Source of the DNA: Bacteroidia bacterium
Lineage (GTDB): Bacteria; Bacteroidota; Bacteroidia; Palsa-965
DNA: 64,000 nt
Direction: 5' to 3'
NCBI GenBank assembly: GCA_044344795.1
Contig: JBIJCF010000002.1
Location: 15,562-79,561, forward strand
Below the pieces are notes generated by a model. The model saw nothing but the letters and a program-made list of their open reading frames with translations, did no database searches and had not been told where the DNA came from. The translations under genes were made by a program, and so were the position numbers. Shown here in pieces: positions 30,489 to 40,339 of the stretch (the first letter of the stretch is position 1; each line of letters starts with the position of its first letter).

Positions 30489-32819
30489 ATGCAATTTTCG
30501 ACTCGAATTGTTTTAGGTTTTTTACTGGTAACTGTTGGCGGATTACAGCTATGGGGTCAACAAGCATTTGTACGCGGAAATGTGAAGGACAGTGCCACCG
30601 CAGAACCGTTGATTGGAGTTGTCGTAACATCCAATGTTGGGGTCGGCGCCGTGACCGATGTGACGGGAAATTTTGTGTGTAAAGTTTCATTTCCAGTTAC
30701 TATAAACGGCACAACATATAGTGACAGTGCAGATGTAACGCTGAACGTTTCATACACGGGATACATTTCTAAAACAGCAGTAGTTAATGTAAAAAAGGGA
30801 GGTGCTGTCCCGGTTCAGGTAATACTATCATCCTCTTCGCGAGAACTTGGAACCGTTGTAGTATCTGCTGGTCGATATGAGCAGAAAATAGGCGAGGTGC
30901 CCGTTTCTATGGAAGTGATAAAGCCTCGTTTGATTGAAAACAAGAATACCACGAACATGGAAACGATCATTGATCAAACGCCCGGTGTCAACGTAACAGA
31001 TGGACAGGCGAACATACGTGGCGGAAGCGGCTATAGTTTTGGTGCCGGTTCGCGCGTGTTGATGGTGGTTGATGACATGCCTATGCTTTCAGGTGATGCA
31101 GGTGATGTGAAATGGAATTATTTGCCGGTTGAAAACGTTTCTCAGGTAGAAGTCCTCAAAGGTGCTTCATCAGCGTTGTTTGGTTCATCAGCGTTAAATG
31201 GGATCATTCATTTCAGAACTGCATATCCGGGACCCAAACCACAAACTACTATTACCATGTTCTCCGGCTTGTATGATAATCCGCGTAGACCTGAATTGCG
31301 TTGGTGGGGGAATACCAGTCCTGCGTCCAATGGAATTAACTTTGCGCATTCCAGGCAGATTGGTAATCTGGATTTAACTATTGGAGGACATTTGTTTGAC
31401 GATGACGGATATCGTTATCTGGAAACAGAACAACGTCAACGCATGAATATCAATACACGTTATCGATTTCAGCGTATTCCCGGATTAAGTGCAGGTGTTA
31501 ATGTAAACGGAATGCGAACAACAGGTGGTTTGTTTATACTTTGGTATAATGATACATTGGCTTACACTCCTGCCGATTCCTCTATTCAACTGTTCAAGAA
31601 TCATCGATACAACATCGATCCTTATGTTTCATATTACGGGCCGAAGGGGCATCGACATAATTTAAGAACACGTGTTTTTGTTACGGATAATAAAAATGAT
31701 AAAGCACAAGGTTCATTAGCAAAGCTATGGTACGGTGAATATCAATATCAGTTTAAATTTAAAAACACGCTCACCGTTACTAGCGGAATTGTGGGAACGT
31801 TTACAACCGTTGATGCGGAGATTTATGGAAAGCGCGATGCAAATAACGTTTCCGGTTATGCGCAATTCGATTATAAGTTTTTTGAAAAACTCTTTGTAAC
31901 TGTTGGCGTTCGTGGCGAATACTTCCGAGTAGATACAGCGAAGTCAAGATATAGTTTGGCAATGGGTTCTGATACATTGACGTTGCCATTCCGTCCTGTA
32001 GGCAGAATTGGTGTGAGTTATCAGGCCGCAGAGGCAACGTATTTAAGAGCTTCATACGGACAAGGTTATCGTTTCCCTTCAGTAGCAGAGAAGTATATCA
32101 GAACATCAGCCAGCGGATTGGAAATTTATCCGAATTTTCAATTACAACCTGAGTATGGACAATCCGCAGAAGTAGGCGTGAAGCAAGGCGTGCGTGTTGC
32201 TAATTGGAAAGGTTATGCCGACGTTTCTGTGTTCTGGATGGAATATTCCGATATGATGGAATTTTCTTTCGGTCAGTGGGGAACACCATTTGTAGATCCA
32301 TTGTTTGGCTTAGGTTTTAAATCGGTGAACGTGGGTAAAACAAGGACAACCGGTGTTGACTTCTCATTAATGGGGCAAGGAGAAATCGGTAAGGTGGACA
32401 TTATTGTTTTGGGTGGTTATACCTACATGAATCCGGTATCGCTAAGTTTTGATCCTGCAGTGGATACACTATATGCTACCTCGGACGAAAATATTTTAAA
32501 GTATCGTTACAGACATTTGGCAAAATTTGATTCTGAAGCATCTTATCAGAAATATTCCTTGGGAGCAAGTATGCGTTATAACAGCTTCATGGAGAACATT
32601 GATCAGTTCTTTGTGTCGGCTTTGCCCGGAATAGGAGCATATCGCGCTAAGTTCAATACAGGAGATATTGTGTTTGATGCACGTTTCATTTATCGAATTA
32701 ACGACAAAGCGCGTGTAGCATTTATCTGCAACAATATTTTCAATCGTGAATATTCATCACGCCCTGCTGACGTGCAACCTCCAAGAAATTTCGTGATTCA
32801 GGTTCAGGTGAAATTCTAA
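30489..32819 (+). CDS. TonB-dependent receptor with an N-terminal carboxypeptidase-regulatory-like domain
   Basis: Signal peptide, plug plus 22-strand barrel pattern, and a C-terminal ...VIQVQVKF. 776 aa. Confidence 0.8.
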   Translation: MQFSTRIVLGFLLVTVGGLQLWGQQAFVRGNVKDSATAEPLIGVVVTSNVGVGAVTDVTGNFVCKVSFPVTINGTTYSDSADVTLNVSYTGYISKTAVVNVKKGGAVPVQVILSSSSRELGTVVVSAGRYEQKIGEVPVSMEVIKPRLIENKNTTNMETIIDQTPGVNVTDGQANIRGGSGYSFGAGSRVLMVVDDMPMLSGDAGDVKWNYLPVENVSQVEVLKGASSALFGSSALNGIIHFRTAYPGPKPQTTITMFSGLYDNPRRPELRWWGNTSPASNGINFAHSRQIGNLDLTIGGHLFDDDGYRYLETEQRQRMNINTRYRFQRIPGLSAGVNVNGMRTTGGLFILWYNDTLAYTPADSSIQLFKNHRYNIDPYVSYYGPKGHRHNLRTRVFVTDNKNDKAQGSLAKLWYGEYQYQFKFKNTLTVTSGIVGTFTTVDAEIYGKRDANNVSGYAQFDYKFFEKLFVTVGVRGEYFRVDTAKSRYSLAMGSDTLTLPFRPVGRIGVSYQAAEATYLRASYGQGYRFPSVAEKYIRTSASGLEIYPNFQLQPEYGQSAEVGVKQGVRVANWKGYADVSVFWMEYSDMMEFSFGQWGTPFVDPLFGLGFKSVNVGKTRTTGVDFSLMGQGEIGKVDIIVLGGYTYMNPVSLSFDPAVDTLYATSDENILKYRYRHLAKFDSEASYQKYSLGASMRYNSFMENIDQFFVSALPGIGAYRAKFNTGDIVFDARFIYRINDKARVAFICNNIFNREYSSRPADVQPPRNFVIQVQVKF

Positions 32820-32965
32820 AATTGCAGGACGACTATTTCTGCAACGCATCAATTGTACCTTTTCGGGAAGTTCTCGTTATGCTACCGGTAACGAAGGAAA
32901 CTACAGGTTACCGGAGAGGAAGAACCGCATCTCTCCAAGGGTGTCGCTAAGTGAAGCGGCACCCT

Positions 32966-34483
32966 TTAAATTAACGCCTGTCCCGTCATTACGTCTGGCT
33001 GATGAAGCTGTAGTAACTTTAGTACAGTTGGTGCAACATCGGCCAATCGTCCATGGTGTACGCGAGTTACATCTGGATCAATCACAATAATCGGAACAGG
33101 ATTTGTCGTGTGCGCCGTATGTGGTGATCCATCTTCGTTGATCATTAAATCTGCATTACCGTGATCGGCAATGATGACAAACGAATAACCGTGTTGCATA
33201 CCACACTCTACAACTTGTTGTAAACAATTGTCAACGGTCTCAACTGCTTTTACCACCGCATCAAACACGCCGGTGTGTCCAACCATATCCGTATTGGCAA
33301 AGTTGATACATATAAAATCGGCAGATGCTTTTTGTAATTCAGGAACAATAGCAGCGGTGAGTTCTCTCGCGCTCATTTCCGGCTGTAAGTCGTACGTCGC
33401 AACTTTGGGTGATGGAATCAAAATGCGTCGCTCGCCTTCAAATGTTTGTTCTCGTCCACCTGAAAAAAAGAAGGTGACGTGCGGATATTTTTCTGTTTCT
33501 GCAATTCGAATCTGCGACTTGCCTGCGCGTGCCATCAATTCTCCCAAGGTCAACTCCAAATCATCTTTTCCATAAATCACTTTCACATCCTTAAAAGAAC
33601 TGTCATAATTGGTAATGGTAACATAATGCAATGGAATGGTATGCATATTCTGCTCATGAAAGTCCCGCTGCGTGAGTACTTCAGTTATTTCGCGACAACG
33701 ATCTGTTCTGAAGTTGAAACAGATAACCGCATCGCCTTCTTGCAACGTTGCCATTGGTTGCCCCTTAGCATTCGTTAAAATAATTGGAGTGATGAATTCG
33801 TCTGTTACGCCGCTATGGTAAGACGTTTTAACAGCAGCAAGAGCATCGTTGGTTTTTGTGCCAACACCGTTTACTAACGCGTCATAAGCAACTTTAATCC
33901 GCTCCCAGCGCTTGTCTCTGTCCATAGCGTAGTAACGTCCGGTAATGCTGGCAAGTTGAGTTTTTGTATCAACCGTTTTTTGTATCAGTTTTTCAAGATA
34001 TTGGTAGCCGCCGGTTGGTGCAGTGTCGCGACCGTCAGTAAAGGCATGTACGTACACCTTATCCAATTGGTGCGCTGAAAAGATATCTAGCAAATGATGC
34101 AAGTGATCTTGTGAAGAATGCACACCACCATCAGAAACCAAACCCATCACATGCAATGATTTACCGGTTCGCTTTACATAAGTGATCGTGTCAAGTAGCA
34201 CCGGATGCGAATCAATTTTTCGCTCACGACACTCCATATTAATTTTAACGAGATCCTGATACACCACGCGTCCTGCGCCGATGTTTAAGTGACCTACCTC
34301 TGAATTTCCCATTTGACCTGAAGGAAGACCTACATCTTCTCCGGATGTCAGCAGCGTAGCGTTAGGATATTTACTTTGCAGCAGATTGAAAAACGGTGTG
34401 TTCGCCATCGCAATGGCATTGGTGTGATCATTTTTACCAAGTCCCCATCCGTCCAAAATGATAAGCGCTACTTTTTTACTCAT
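32966..34483 (-). CDS. gpmI: 2,3-bisphosphoglycerate-independent phosphoglycerate mutase
   Basis: ALIILDGWGLG...NSEVGHLNIGAGR. 505 aa. Confidence 0.9.
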   Translation of the reverse strand: MSKKVALIILDGWGLGKNDHTNAIAMANTPFFNLLQSKYPNATLLTSGEDVGLPSGQMGNSEVGHLNIGAGRVVYQDLVKINMECRERKIDSHPVLLDTITYVKRTGKSLHVMGLVSDGGVHSSQDHLHHLLDIFSAHQLDKVYVHAFTDGRDTAPTGGYQYLEKLIQKTVDTKTQLASITGRYYAMDRDKRWERIKVAYDALVNGVGTKTNDALAAVKTSYHSGVTDEFITPIILTNAKGQPMATLQEGDAVICFNFRTDRCREITEVLTQRDFHEQNMHTIPLHYVTITNYDSSFKDVKVIYGKDDLELTLGELMARAGKSQIRIAETEKYPHVTFFFSGGREQTFEGERRILIPSPKVATYDLQPEMSARELTAAIVPELQKASADFICINFANTDMVGHTGVFDAVVKAVETVDNCLQQVVECGMQHGYSFVIIADHGNADLMINEDGSPHTAHTTNPVPIIVIDPDVTRVHHGRLADVAPTVLKLLQLHQPDVMTGQALI

Positions 34484-34486
34484 GAT

Positions 34487-35488
34487 TTAATTATGCTTTG
34501 GAAGTGTAATAGTAAATGTTGTTCCTTGTTTTGGCGCATTGCCTACTGCGATTTTCCACCCGTGCGCTTCCACCAGTTCTTTCACAATATATAGCCCAAG
34601 CCCTGTGCCTTTGCTGCTGCGGGTTTCTTCGTTACCGATACGATAAAATCGCTCAAATATTTTTTCTCGCTCAGCGACCGGAATTCCTTTGCCTTCATCT
34701 GCAATTACAATTCTAATGTGCTCTGAACTTGTAATTGTATCTAATCTGATGATGCTGTTCGCCGGGGCATATTTGGCTGCGTTTTCCAATAGATTGGTAA
34801 TAATGGAATGAAAGGCAAGTCGATCTGCTGCTATTAAGATTGTCTTAGCAAATTGTGTGTGAAGTTGATGATTTCGACACGAACCTTTTTGTAAGGAATC
34901 TGTGATAGATTGTAGTTCTGTATTTATATCGAATGATTCTTTCTGAAGTGTGTAGGAGTGATTGTCAATACGCGCGGTAACCAGTATGTTTTCTACCAAA
35001 CTATGCAAGCGCTTGGTGTCGTCAAGTGCCCCGGATAATATAGCATGTTGCTGATCTGCGGAAAGGCTGCGGTGCTGAATAGTTTCAAGCTGCAATTGAA
35101 TAGATGCCAGGGGAGATTTTAATTCATGTGTTACAGATAGCAGGAAGTTATTTTGTTTTCTATTGATTTCAGACTCCTTGATAAAAGCATTCCGTGTACG
35201 TGCGATCCCGAGAATTAGCAATACAAGAAAGACAGATCCTTCACCGAAAATCATGAGCCATTGCTTGTGCAATTTTTTATTGAGCACTTCACTTTCCTGA
35301 ATCAATCGAGCTTCAGAGGATGAAGTGTTGGCAGCAACAAGTTCGGTTTGAAGTGTAGTTACCTCATTGTTAAGCTTAATGAGCAAGTATGTCCACCAGG
35401 AGAACTGAATCAATACATAAGCCACAAGAATGTAAAAAAGTAATAACGGCTTAGTAGTTTTGTTAAATGACATTTGACAAAGGTACAA
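34487..35488 (-). CDS. Sensor histidine kinase (membrane-anchored, HisKA + HATPase_c); no adjacent response regulator
   Basis: H-box HELKSPLASI and G-box GTGLGLYIVK, with an N-terminal TM segment. The N-terminal Met is probably MSFNKT. Confidence 0.8.
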   Translation of the reverse strand: MYLCQMSFNKTTKPLLLFYILVAYVLIQFSWWTYLLIKLNNEVTTLQTELVAANTSSSEARLIQESEVLNKKLHKQWLMIFGEGSVFLVLLILGIARTRNAFIKESEINRKQNNFLLSVTHELKSPLASIQLQLETIQHRSLSADQQHAILSGALDDTKRLHSLVENILVTARIDNHSYTLQKESFDINTELQSITDSLQKGSCRNHQLHTQFAKTILIAADRLAFHSIITNLLENAAKYAPANSIIRLDTITSSEHIRIVIADEGKGIPVAEREKIFERFYRIGNEETRSSKGTGLGLYIVKELVEAHGWKIAVGNAPKQGTTFTITLPKHN

Positions 35489-35524
35489 AAAGCGAGAGCC
35501 CCGGTTGTGGAACCGAGGCTCTCA
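35487..35524 (-). terminator. Rho-independent terminator after the 149-aa gene
   Basis: Hairpin gagagcc...ggctctc followed by a T-run on the minus strand. Confidence 0.5.
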
Positions 35525-35567
35525 GGAGGTGAGATAGGAACAAACCCATGAAAACTATACCCGCCTC

Positions 35568-36017
35568 CTATTTCGTCACATTCCTCTTATAATCTCTTGT
35601 GAGCGATTCCTCTATGACAGGAAGATCATTTAGCAATACCTGATAATTTGCATCAATAGCTTTTATGAGTTCTTTATTCTTGGACGCATTTGTAGTATCG
35701 GTATGCAGTAACTTCATTTTGTGAGCTTTCACAATCTCTTTATGCTTTTTCAAAAGTTCTTGCTGAGCAGTTATTTTAGGCATTACATCAGAACCTGCAG
35801 TTACGCCCATTTCTTTGCCGTATTGCTCCACATTAGCCAAGTGTATGGTCTCTGCTTCCGTAATTTGTTGTTCATACAATTGAATTGCTCTACGAAGTTC
35901 TGTTGCAGTGCCAGCTTCATATTTTGCACGGCTTTCGTGGCAGCCGGAGTATACAATTCCAAAGACTGCCAGAACACCGGCAAGAATGGGGAGGATGTTT
36001 TTGATGAGTGTATTCAT
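35568..36017 (-). CDS. Hypothetical membrane-anchored or periplasmic protein
   Basis: N-terminal hydrophobic anchor followed by a helical charged region. 149 aa. Confidence 0.4.
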   Translation of the reverse strand: MNTLIKNILPILAGVLAVFGIVYSGCHESRAKYEAGTATELRRAIQLYEQQITEAETIHLANVEQYGKEMGVTAGSDVMPKITAQQELLKKHKEIVKAHKMKLLHTDTTNASKNKELIKAIDANYQVLLNDLPVIEESLTRDYKRNVTK

Positions 36018-36252
36018 GGCTTTTAGTGAAGCAAAAGTAATGCATCAAAATCGCGATGAACAAAGAATTAGACGACTGCACTCATGAATCGGATGGAATC
36101 ACTCAAACGGGCGATAAGATAAACATCATGCTTTGTAATGCGCTCAATACCTTTATTGGTAAGGGTTTCAGCGATGAAGTCCGAAGATAAAATTAGTCCA
36201 CAAAAAGAGGAGTTTCGTGGAAGAAAAGCACATGTTCCTCGAGAAATTGATT

Positions 36253-37335
36253 CTAGAAACGATAAAACCAAGTGCACATTGGGAACGGAAACGATTGCGA
36301 GTCATCATCGTTAAACACGGAAACTCCGGACAAAGCAATCTGAAAAGCCTTGCGGTCTGTGGTTTGAAAGCGCATACCTGGCATTACAAAAAGTGCAATG
36401 GATTTTATGGGCTTGCGTTCAACAATAACCTCATAGATACCCGGAGTATTGGTGTTGAAATCGGGTTCGCGAATTACATTGGTTGAAGTGGTGGTAGTAT
36501 TGTAAGAAAACACTCCTATCATGGAATCAAACACAAAACTTGCTTTAGCACTAATTTTAGAAATTCCTGCAATTGAAAAGATGGGACCTTTATAGAATGG
36601 ACTAATTCGTTCTACCATAGGAATCGGGAATGGAATAGATCCCGGATAGTAATAATTGAAGCTTGTGCTATCTACGTAGGTGCCTTCCACGTATTGGAAT
36701 TGTTTTCCTCCTCCTGTTGCGTAAGCGTATCCTGCAGAAAACGTAATGTTTTGCATTCGATTTCCTAAGGTCACGTTGGCAAAATGTAAGCCTCCATAAC
36801 CTCGGAACTGATTCAAATACCCCGAAGTTCCAAGTAATGTACCGACACTAAAATTCAATTTTTCATTCTTCGTAGGAATTGAATATTTCATAGCTAATAC
36901 CAACGGGCTGGCTAACCATGTTGCCATTAGTCCAATCGAAAACCTGTTGTTCACCGCAAAATGAATTTCGGGTCCGTATAGGTTAATTAGCCCATAGTCT
37001 TCGCCTTTCACAATAGGAAGTGCGTTGGTTGTGAAACAATATCGAGTAGTAAACGGCCCGGAATTTTTATATTCTCCATGAACAATTTGCTTTTTATCTT
37101 CCACTTTTTCCATACTTCTGATATCAGATTTCTGGATGTAGATTTTACCGAGTTTCTCGGTTTGAAGCAGTACTTCCCGACCGTCATCACTAAGAATCAC
37201 ACCTATGTATTCCTTCCCGTCATGTTTGGTAATGACATACAGCTGCGTAGAATCGGTATTGGTTTGTGCCTGCAGAATAGATGTTGTTGTGCCGGCAATG
37301 AGCAGCAGAAGAGAGAGAAGTACCTTTTGTAACAT
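36253..37335 (-). CDS. Hypothetical secreted protein, possibly an outer-membrane protein
   Basis: Signal peptide MLQKVLLSLLLLIAGTTTSILQAQ. Beta-rich, ends ...WFYRF. Confidence 0.4.
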   Translation of the reverse strand: MLQKVLLSLLLLIAGTTTSILQAQTNTDSTQLYVITKHDGKEYIGVILSDDGREVLLQTEKLGKIYIQKSDIRSMEKVEDKKQIVHGEYKNSGPFTTRYCFTTNALPIVKGEDYGLINLYGPEIHFAVNNRFSIGLMATWLASPLVLAMKYSIPTKNEKLNFSVGTLLGTSGYLNQFRGYGGLHFANVTLGNRMQNITFSAGYAYATGGGKQFQYVEGTYVDSTSFNYYYPGSIPFPIPMVERISPFYKGPIFSIAGISKISAKASFVFDSMIGVFSYNTTTTSTNVIREPDFNTNTPGIYEVIVERKPIKSIALFVMPGMRFQTTDRKAFQIALSGVSVFNDDDSQSFPFPMCTWFYRF

Positions 37336-37552
37336 TGTTGGTTCGGGGTTAAAATGTAGGACGTTTCAAATTTGTCACTAATTATTAATGGCGGTATTGG
37401 TAACAAATTTAAGGTAATGATCAATTCGTTTCGAGTTGTCGTAAGCGTTATCGATTCTTTTCAACAATATATCAAAGTTATATAATTGTACACGAGACGT
37501 TCGATAAGCGCTGAAGCGCACCCCAACTTCAACACAAGTTTCGCTTGGTACT

Positions 37553-37637
37553 ACAAAAAAAGCCCCATTATTGTGAGGCTTTCGTATCGTGGGAGCAACA
37601 GGATTCGTCCCGATGCTTCGGGACTGTGACCCTCTGC
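37553..37637 (-). repeat. Degenerate direct repeat of the tRNA-Val 3' half (anticodon-stem 3' strand to the 3' end) plus the downstream terminator. The T-arm is interrupted by a ~17-nt hairpin insertion.
   Basis: It aligns with 38041..38112: acaaaaaaagccccattattgtgaggctttcgtatcgtgggagcaacaggattcg vs acaaaaaagccccactatcgtgaggctttcgtatcgtgggagcaacaggattcg, then tgtgaccctctgc is shared. Confidence 0.7.
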
Positions 37638-37725
37638 GTTTGAATAATGATCATACTTTGCCGAAGTATTGTGTATTGGTTGATAACGTTGCGATTAAAT
37701 TATTTGCTTAGGATAGGAGCAATTA

Positions 37726-38001
37726 TCAGCGGAACTTATCCGTGAGCCATCCATGATCATCAATTAATCGTTCTATAAAGTGTCTGGATTTCATCTTTTT
37801 AATGAATCGCTCGGCATTTCTCGCATGAATTCGGTTCGGGAATTCCAACGCAAGTTTCATTTCCCAATCGATAGCTTTTGAAGTATAGGACTTGGCAAAG
37901 AATTGTGTGTTGTGTTGCTTCAATCTTTCCATCACCGAGGCACATTCGCCTACATAAAAGCGATCTAGTTTGCTGCTGGAAATAATGTAAACAAAATGCA
38001 T
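37726..38001 (-). CDS. GIY-YIG nuclease family protein (small, stand-alone)
   Basis: MHFVYIISSSKLDRFYVGECASVMERLKQHN... is the GIY-YIG motif in the form YII/YVG. Start taken at the internal ATG; the track ORF runs into the tRNA. Confidence 0.65.
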   Translation of the reverse strand: MHFVYIISSSKLDRFYVGECASVMERLKQHNTQFFAKSYTSKAIDWEMKLALEFPNRIHARNAERFIKKMKSRHFIERLIDDHGWLTDKFR

Positions 38002-38040
38002 GATTGTTTTTGTTCTGCAATGGACTATGGTAATCTCAAA

Positions 38041-38070
38041 ACAAAAAAGCCCCACTATCGTGAGGCTTTC
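38041..38070 (-). terminator. Rho-independent terminator immediately 3' of tRNA-Val
   Basis: Minus strand reads aaagcctcacgatagtggggcttttttgt. Confidence 0.6.
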
Positions 38071-38076
38071 GTATCG

Positions 38077-38151
38077 TGGGAGCAACAGGATTCGAACCTG
38101 TGACCCTCTGCTTGTAAGGCAGATGCTCTGAACCAGCTGAGCTATGCTCCC
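38077..38151 (-). tRNA. tRNA-Val (anticodon TAC)
   Basis: A 75-nt cloverleaf folded by hand. Acceptor stem gggagca/tgctccc, D-arm gctc..gagc, anticodon stem tctgc/gcaga with loop cTTACaa, and T-arm acagg-ttcgaat-cctgt. No encoded CCA. Confidence 0.85.
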
Positions 38152-38177
38152 AGAACCTAATTAGGTTAAACGGGCTG

Positions 38178-38207
38178 CAAATATATGTGCAATGTTGGTT
38201 TCTGCAA
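38178..38207 (-). promoter_or_regulatory. Putative Bacteroidota sigma-A promoter for the tRNA (TTG-N19-TATATTTG)
   Basis: Minus strand reads ttgcagaaaccaacattgcacaTATATTTG, matching the -33 TTG / -7 TAnnTTTG consensus with 19-nt spacing, about 27 nt upstream of the tRNA 5' end. Confidence 0.4.
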
Positions 38208-38225
38208 AAAAAATGAGAAAAAAAA

Positions 38226-39521
38226 TCAAATTGCCTCTGCAACTACGAAGGTGCTGCCTCCAATATAAACCACATCTTGTGCTGTTGCCGCTGCTTTTGC
38301 GGCCTGTACCGCTTTCTTAACGGAAGGGAAAATCGCCCCTTGTAATCCGGCAGTTTGCGCGTGCTGTTGCAAGTCCGAAGCTTCCATCGCCCTCGGTAAG
38401 TTGGCCTTGCAGAAATAGTAAGTCGCTTTTTTGGGCAACAATTCCAATACCTTACTCGGGTCCTTATCATTTACGACACCCAAAACAATGTGCAACTTTA
38501 GATTTGACGTGTGTTTAAGCTGCTTCACAATTTCGCGAATTCCTCCTTCATTGTGCCCGGTGTCTGCAATTACCAATGGCGATTTGGCTAAAACTTCCCA
38601 ACGTCCGCGAAGTCCGGTCAGCCCGACAACATTGCGCAAACCACTCAATATGGCGTTATCGCTTATGGCATAGCCTAATTCGCGTAACGTGAATATCGCG
38701 TGCAATACGGTGCCATAATTTTTTCGCTGGTAACTTCCTGTCAAACCACCGCGTACGTTTTTTTGCCAAAGTTTACCGTGATCATAAACGGTGAATTTTA
38801 TTTGGGGCGGAAAGTCATTTGTAGGTAGCATTGTCGTAATCCGAACATGTTCATCAGCAAATGAAATGTTAGTCTTCAGTTTTCGTGCGACCGATGTAAA
38901 CACCGATTTAATCTCCTCTTGAGTTTCTCCAATAATGACGGGTACTCCAGATTTAATGATGCCGGCTTTTTCTCCTGCAATTTTTTGTATCGTATTTCCC
39001 AGCAGATTCATGTGATCGTAACTGATGTTCGTGATCACGCTGAGCTCGGGGTGAACAACATTCGTAGAATCTAATCGTCCTCCCAAGCCCGTTTCAATTA
39101 TTGCTATATCAACGTTTTGCGTTGCGAAATAATCGAATGCCAACCCAACGGTCCATTCGAAAAAAGACAGATCCAATTTTTCGAATTTCTTACGGTGATC
39201 TTGCACAAAAGTCGTTACCGCAAGTCGGGGAATCATTTTCCCATTTATTCGAATGCGTTCGCGAAAGTCTTTGAGATGCGGCGAAGTATACAGCCCTGTC
39301 TTGTACCCCGCGGCTTGAAAAATTGCCGCTAACAAATGCGAAGTTGATCCTTTGCCATTAGTGCCGGCAATATGTATGCTTCTGAATTTATGTTCCGGAT
39401 TACCAAGCGACTTACACAAGGCGATGGTATTGGTCAAATCTGCTTTGTAGGCTGCAGGGCCAATGCGCTGAAACATTGGTAATCTGCTATACAAATAATC
39501 GAGGGTTTGTTTGTACGTCAC
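38226..39521 (-). CDS. folC: Bifunctional folylpolyglutamate synthase / dihydrofolate synthase
   Basis: IHIAGTNGKGST (Mur-ligase P-loop). 431 aa. Confidence 0.85.
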   Translation of the reverse strand: MTYKQTLDYLYSRLPMFQRIGPAAYKADLTNTIALCKSLGNPEHKFRSIHIAGTNGKGSTSHLLAAIFQAAGYKTGLYTSPHLKDFRERIRINGKMIPRLAVTTFVQDHRKKFEKLDLSFFEWTVGLAFDYFATQNVDIAIIETGLGGRLDSTNVVHPELSVITNISYDHMNLLGNTIQKIAGEKAGIIKSGVPVIIGETQEEIKSVFTSVARKLKTNISFADEHVRITTMLPTNDFPPQIKFTVYDHGKLWQKNVRGGLTGSYQRKNYGTVLHAIFTLRELGYAISDNAILSGLRNVVGLTGLRGRWEVLAKSPLVIADTGHNEGGIREIVKQLKHTSNLKLHIVLGVVNDKDPSKVLELLPKKATYYFCKANLPRAMEASDLQQHAQTAGLQGAIFPSVKKAVQAAKAAATAQDVVYIGGSTFVVAEAI

Positions 39522-40339
39522 TTCAACGTGAAGTTGATGTCGATAGATAAAATGATAAGATCAGCGCAGGTGTTGTTGGCGCTGAACTTGATCTTGTAAG
39601 CCGATTGTGTCGCAGTTGAACGCAATACAGAATTTAACGTAGTTGTTCCTTGCGGGTTGACTTCTGCCTTCTTTACATTTCCACTTCTGTCTACATATAC
39701 ATTCACCACAACTTTACCTTCTTCTTGAGTCGGATTCAAGATGTCCGGTTTCGATAAAATACTGCGATAACAAGTAGCATTGCCACCACCGGGCCCGCCG
39801 TCTCCTTTGTCACCTCCGTCATTCGGGCCTACACCATCTCCTTTACCGTCTCCTAATCCTCCGGTATACGGACTTCCTTTGCCTTCACCTCCAACTTTAA
39901 TGGAAGCACTTCCTTTATTTTTTTTCCAGTCTTCCATGGCAGCTAAAACATCCGGAGAAAGCGCGTCGTCCCCGTTCGGTTGTGTGCCCGTGTTGGTTGC
40001 TGGATTTGCCGGATCATTGGAGGTCATGGATCCTTGTTGTGGCGGATTGGTTGCTGTGTTAGTAGTTGGATTGTTGTCGTCCGGTTGTCCGGGATCTCCG
40101 GTGTTTCCCTGGGAGCCGCCGCCTTCAACTGCTGCATCGCCTCCAAATCCTTCGTACAATCCGATTTCCAATTCTACTGCTTCCGGATCGGGTGGAATAG
40201 GAGGTAAAGGAGTAACAATTTGTATGAGCCACAAAATCAGAAATAAGATAACGCCCACAGCAATTGCTGTTAACGCGCCAAAAAGTCGCGCGTTACGTTC
40301 GTTTTTCCTTTCCGGAATGGTTATGGCAAACGTGCTCAT
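39518..40339 (-). CDS. TonB-family energy transducer (putative) with a Pro/Gly/Asp-rich spacer
   Basis: N-terminal TM anchor, PPIPPDPE-rich and GDG-rich linker, C-terminal TonB-like domain. It is the third gene of the exbB-exbD-tonB arrangement. Confidence 0.5.
   Translation of the reverse strand: MSTFAITIPERKNERNARLFGALTAIAVGVILFLILWLIQIVTPLPPIPPDPEAVELEIGLYEGFGGDAAVEGGGSQGNTGDPGQPDDNNPTTNTATNPPQQGSMTSNDPANPATNTGTQPNGDDALSPDVLAAMEDWKKNKGSASIKVGGEGKGSPYTGGLGDGKGDGVGPNDGGDKGDGGPGGGNATCYRSILSKPDILNPTQEEGKVVVNVYVDRSGNVKKAEVNPQGTTTLNSVLRSTATQSAYKIKFSANNTCADLIILSIDINFTLK

Noticed and set aside
32820-32965. Possible riboswitch or structured RNA between the TonB-dependent receptor gene and gpmI
   Set aside because: The genes are convergent, so this is 3' sequence for both. 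The two hairpins (ggagag...ctctcc and aagggtg...caccctt) are better explained as terminators or 3' stabilisers, and I recognise no riboswitch consensus.
37336-38160. Possible integrated genomic island or prophage at tRNA-Val
   Set aside because: The att-like repeat is real, but the enclosed segment is only ~0.4 kb with a single GIY-YIG ORF. There is no integrase, excisionase or phage/ICE gene, so I describe it as a mini-cassette or decayed footprint and not as an island.
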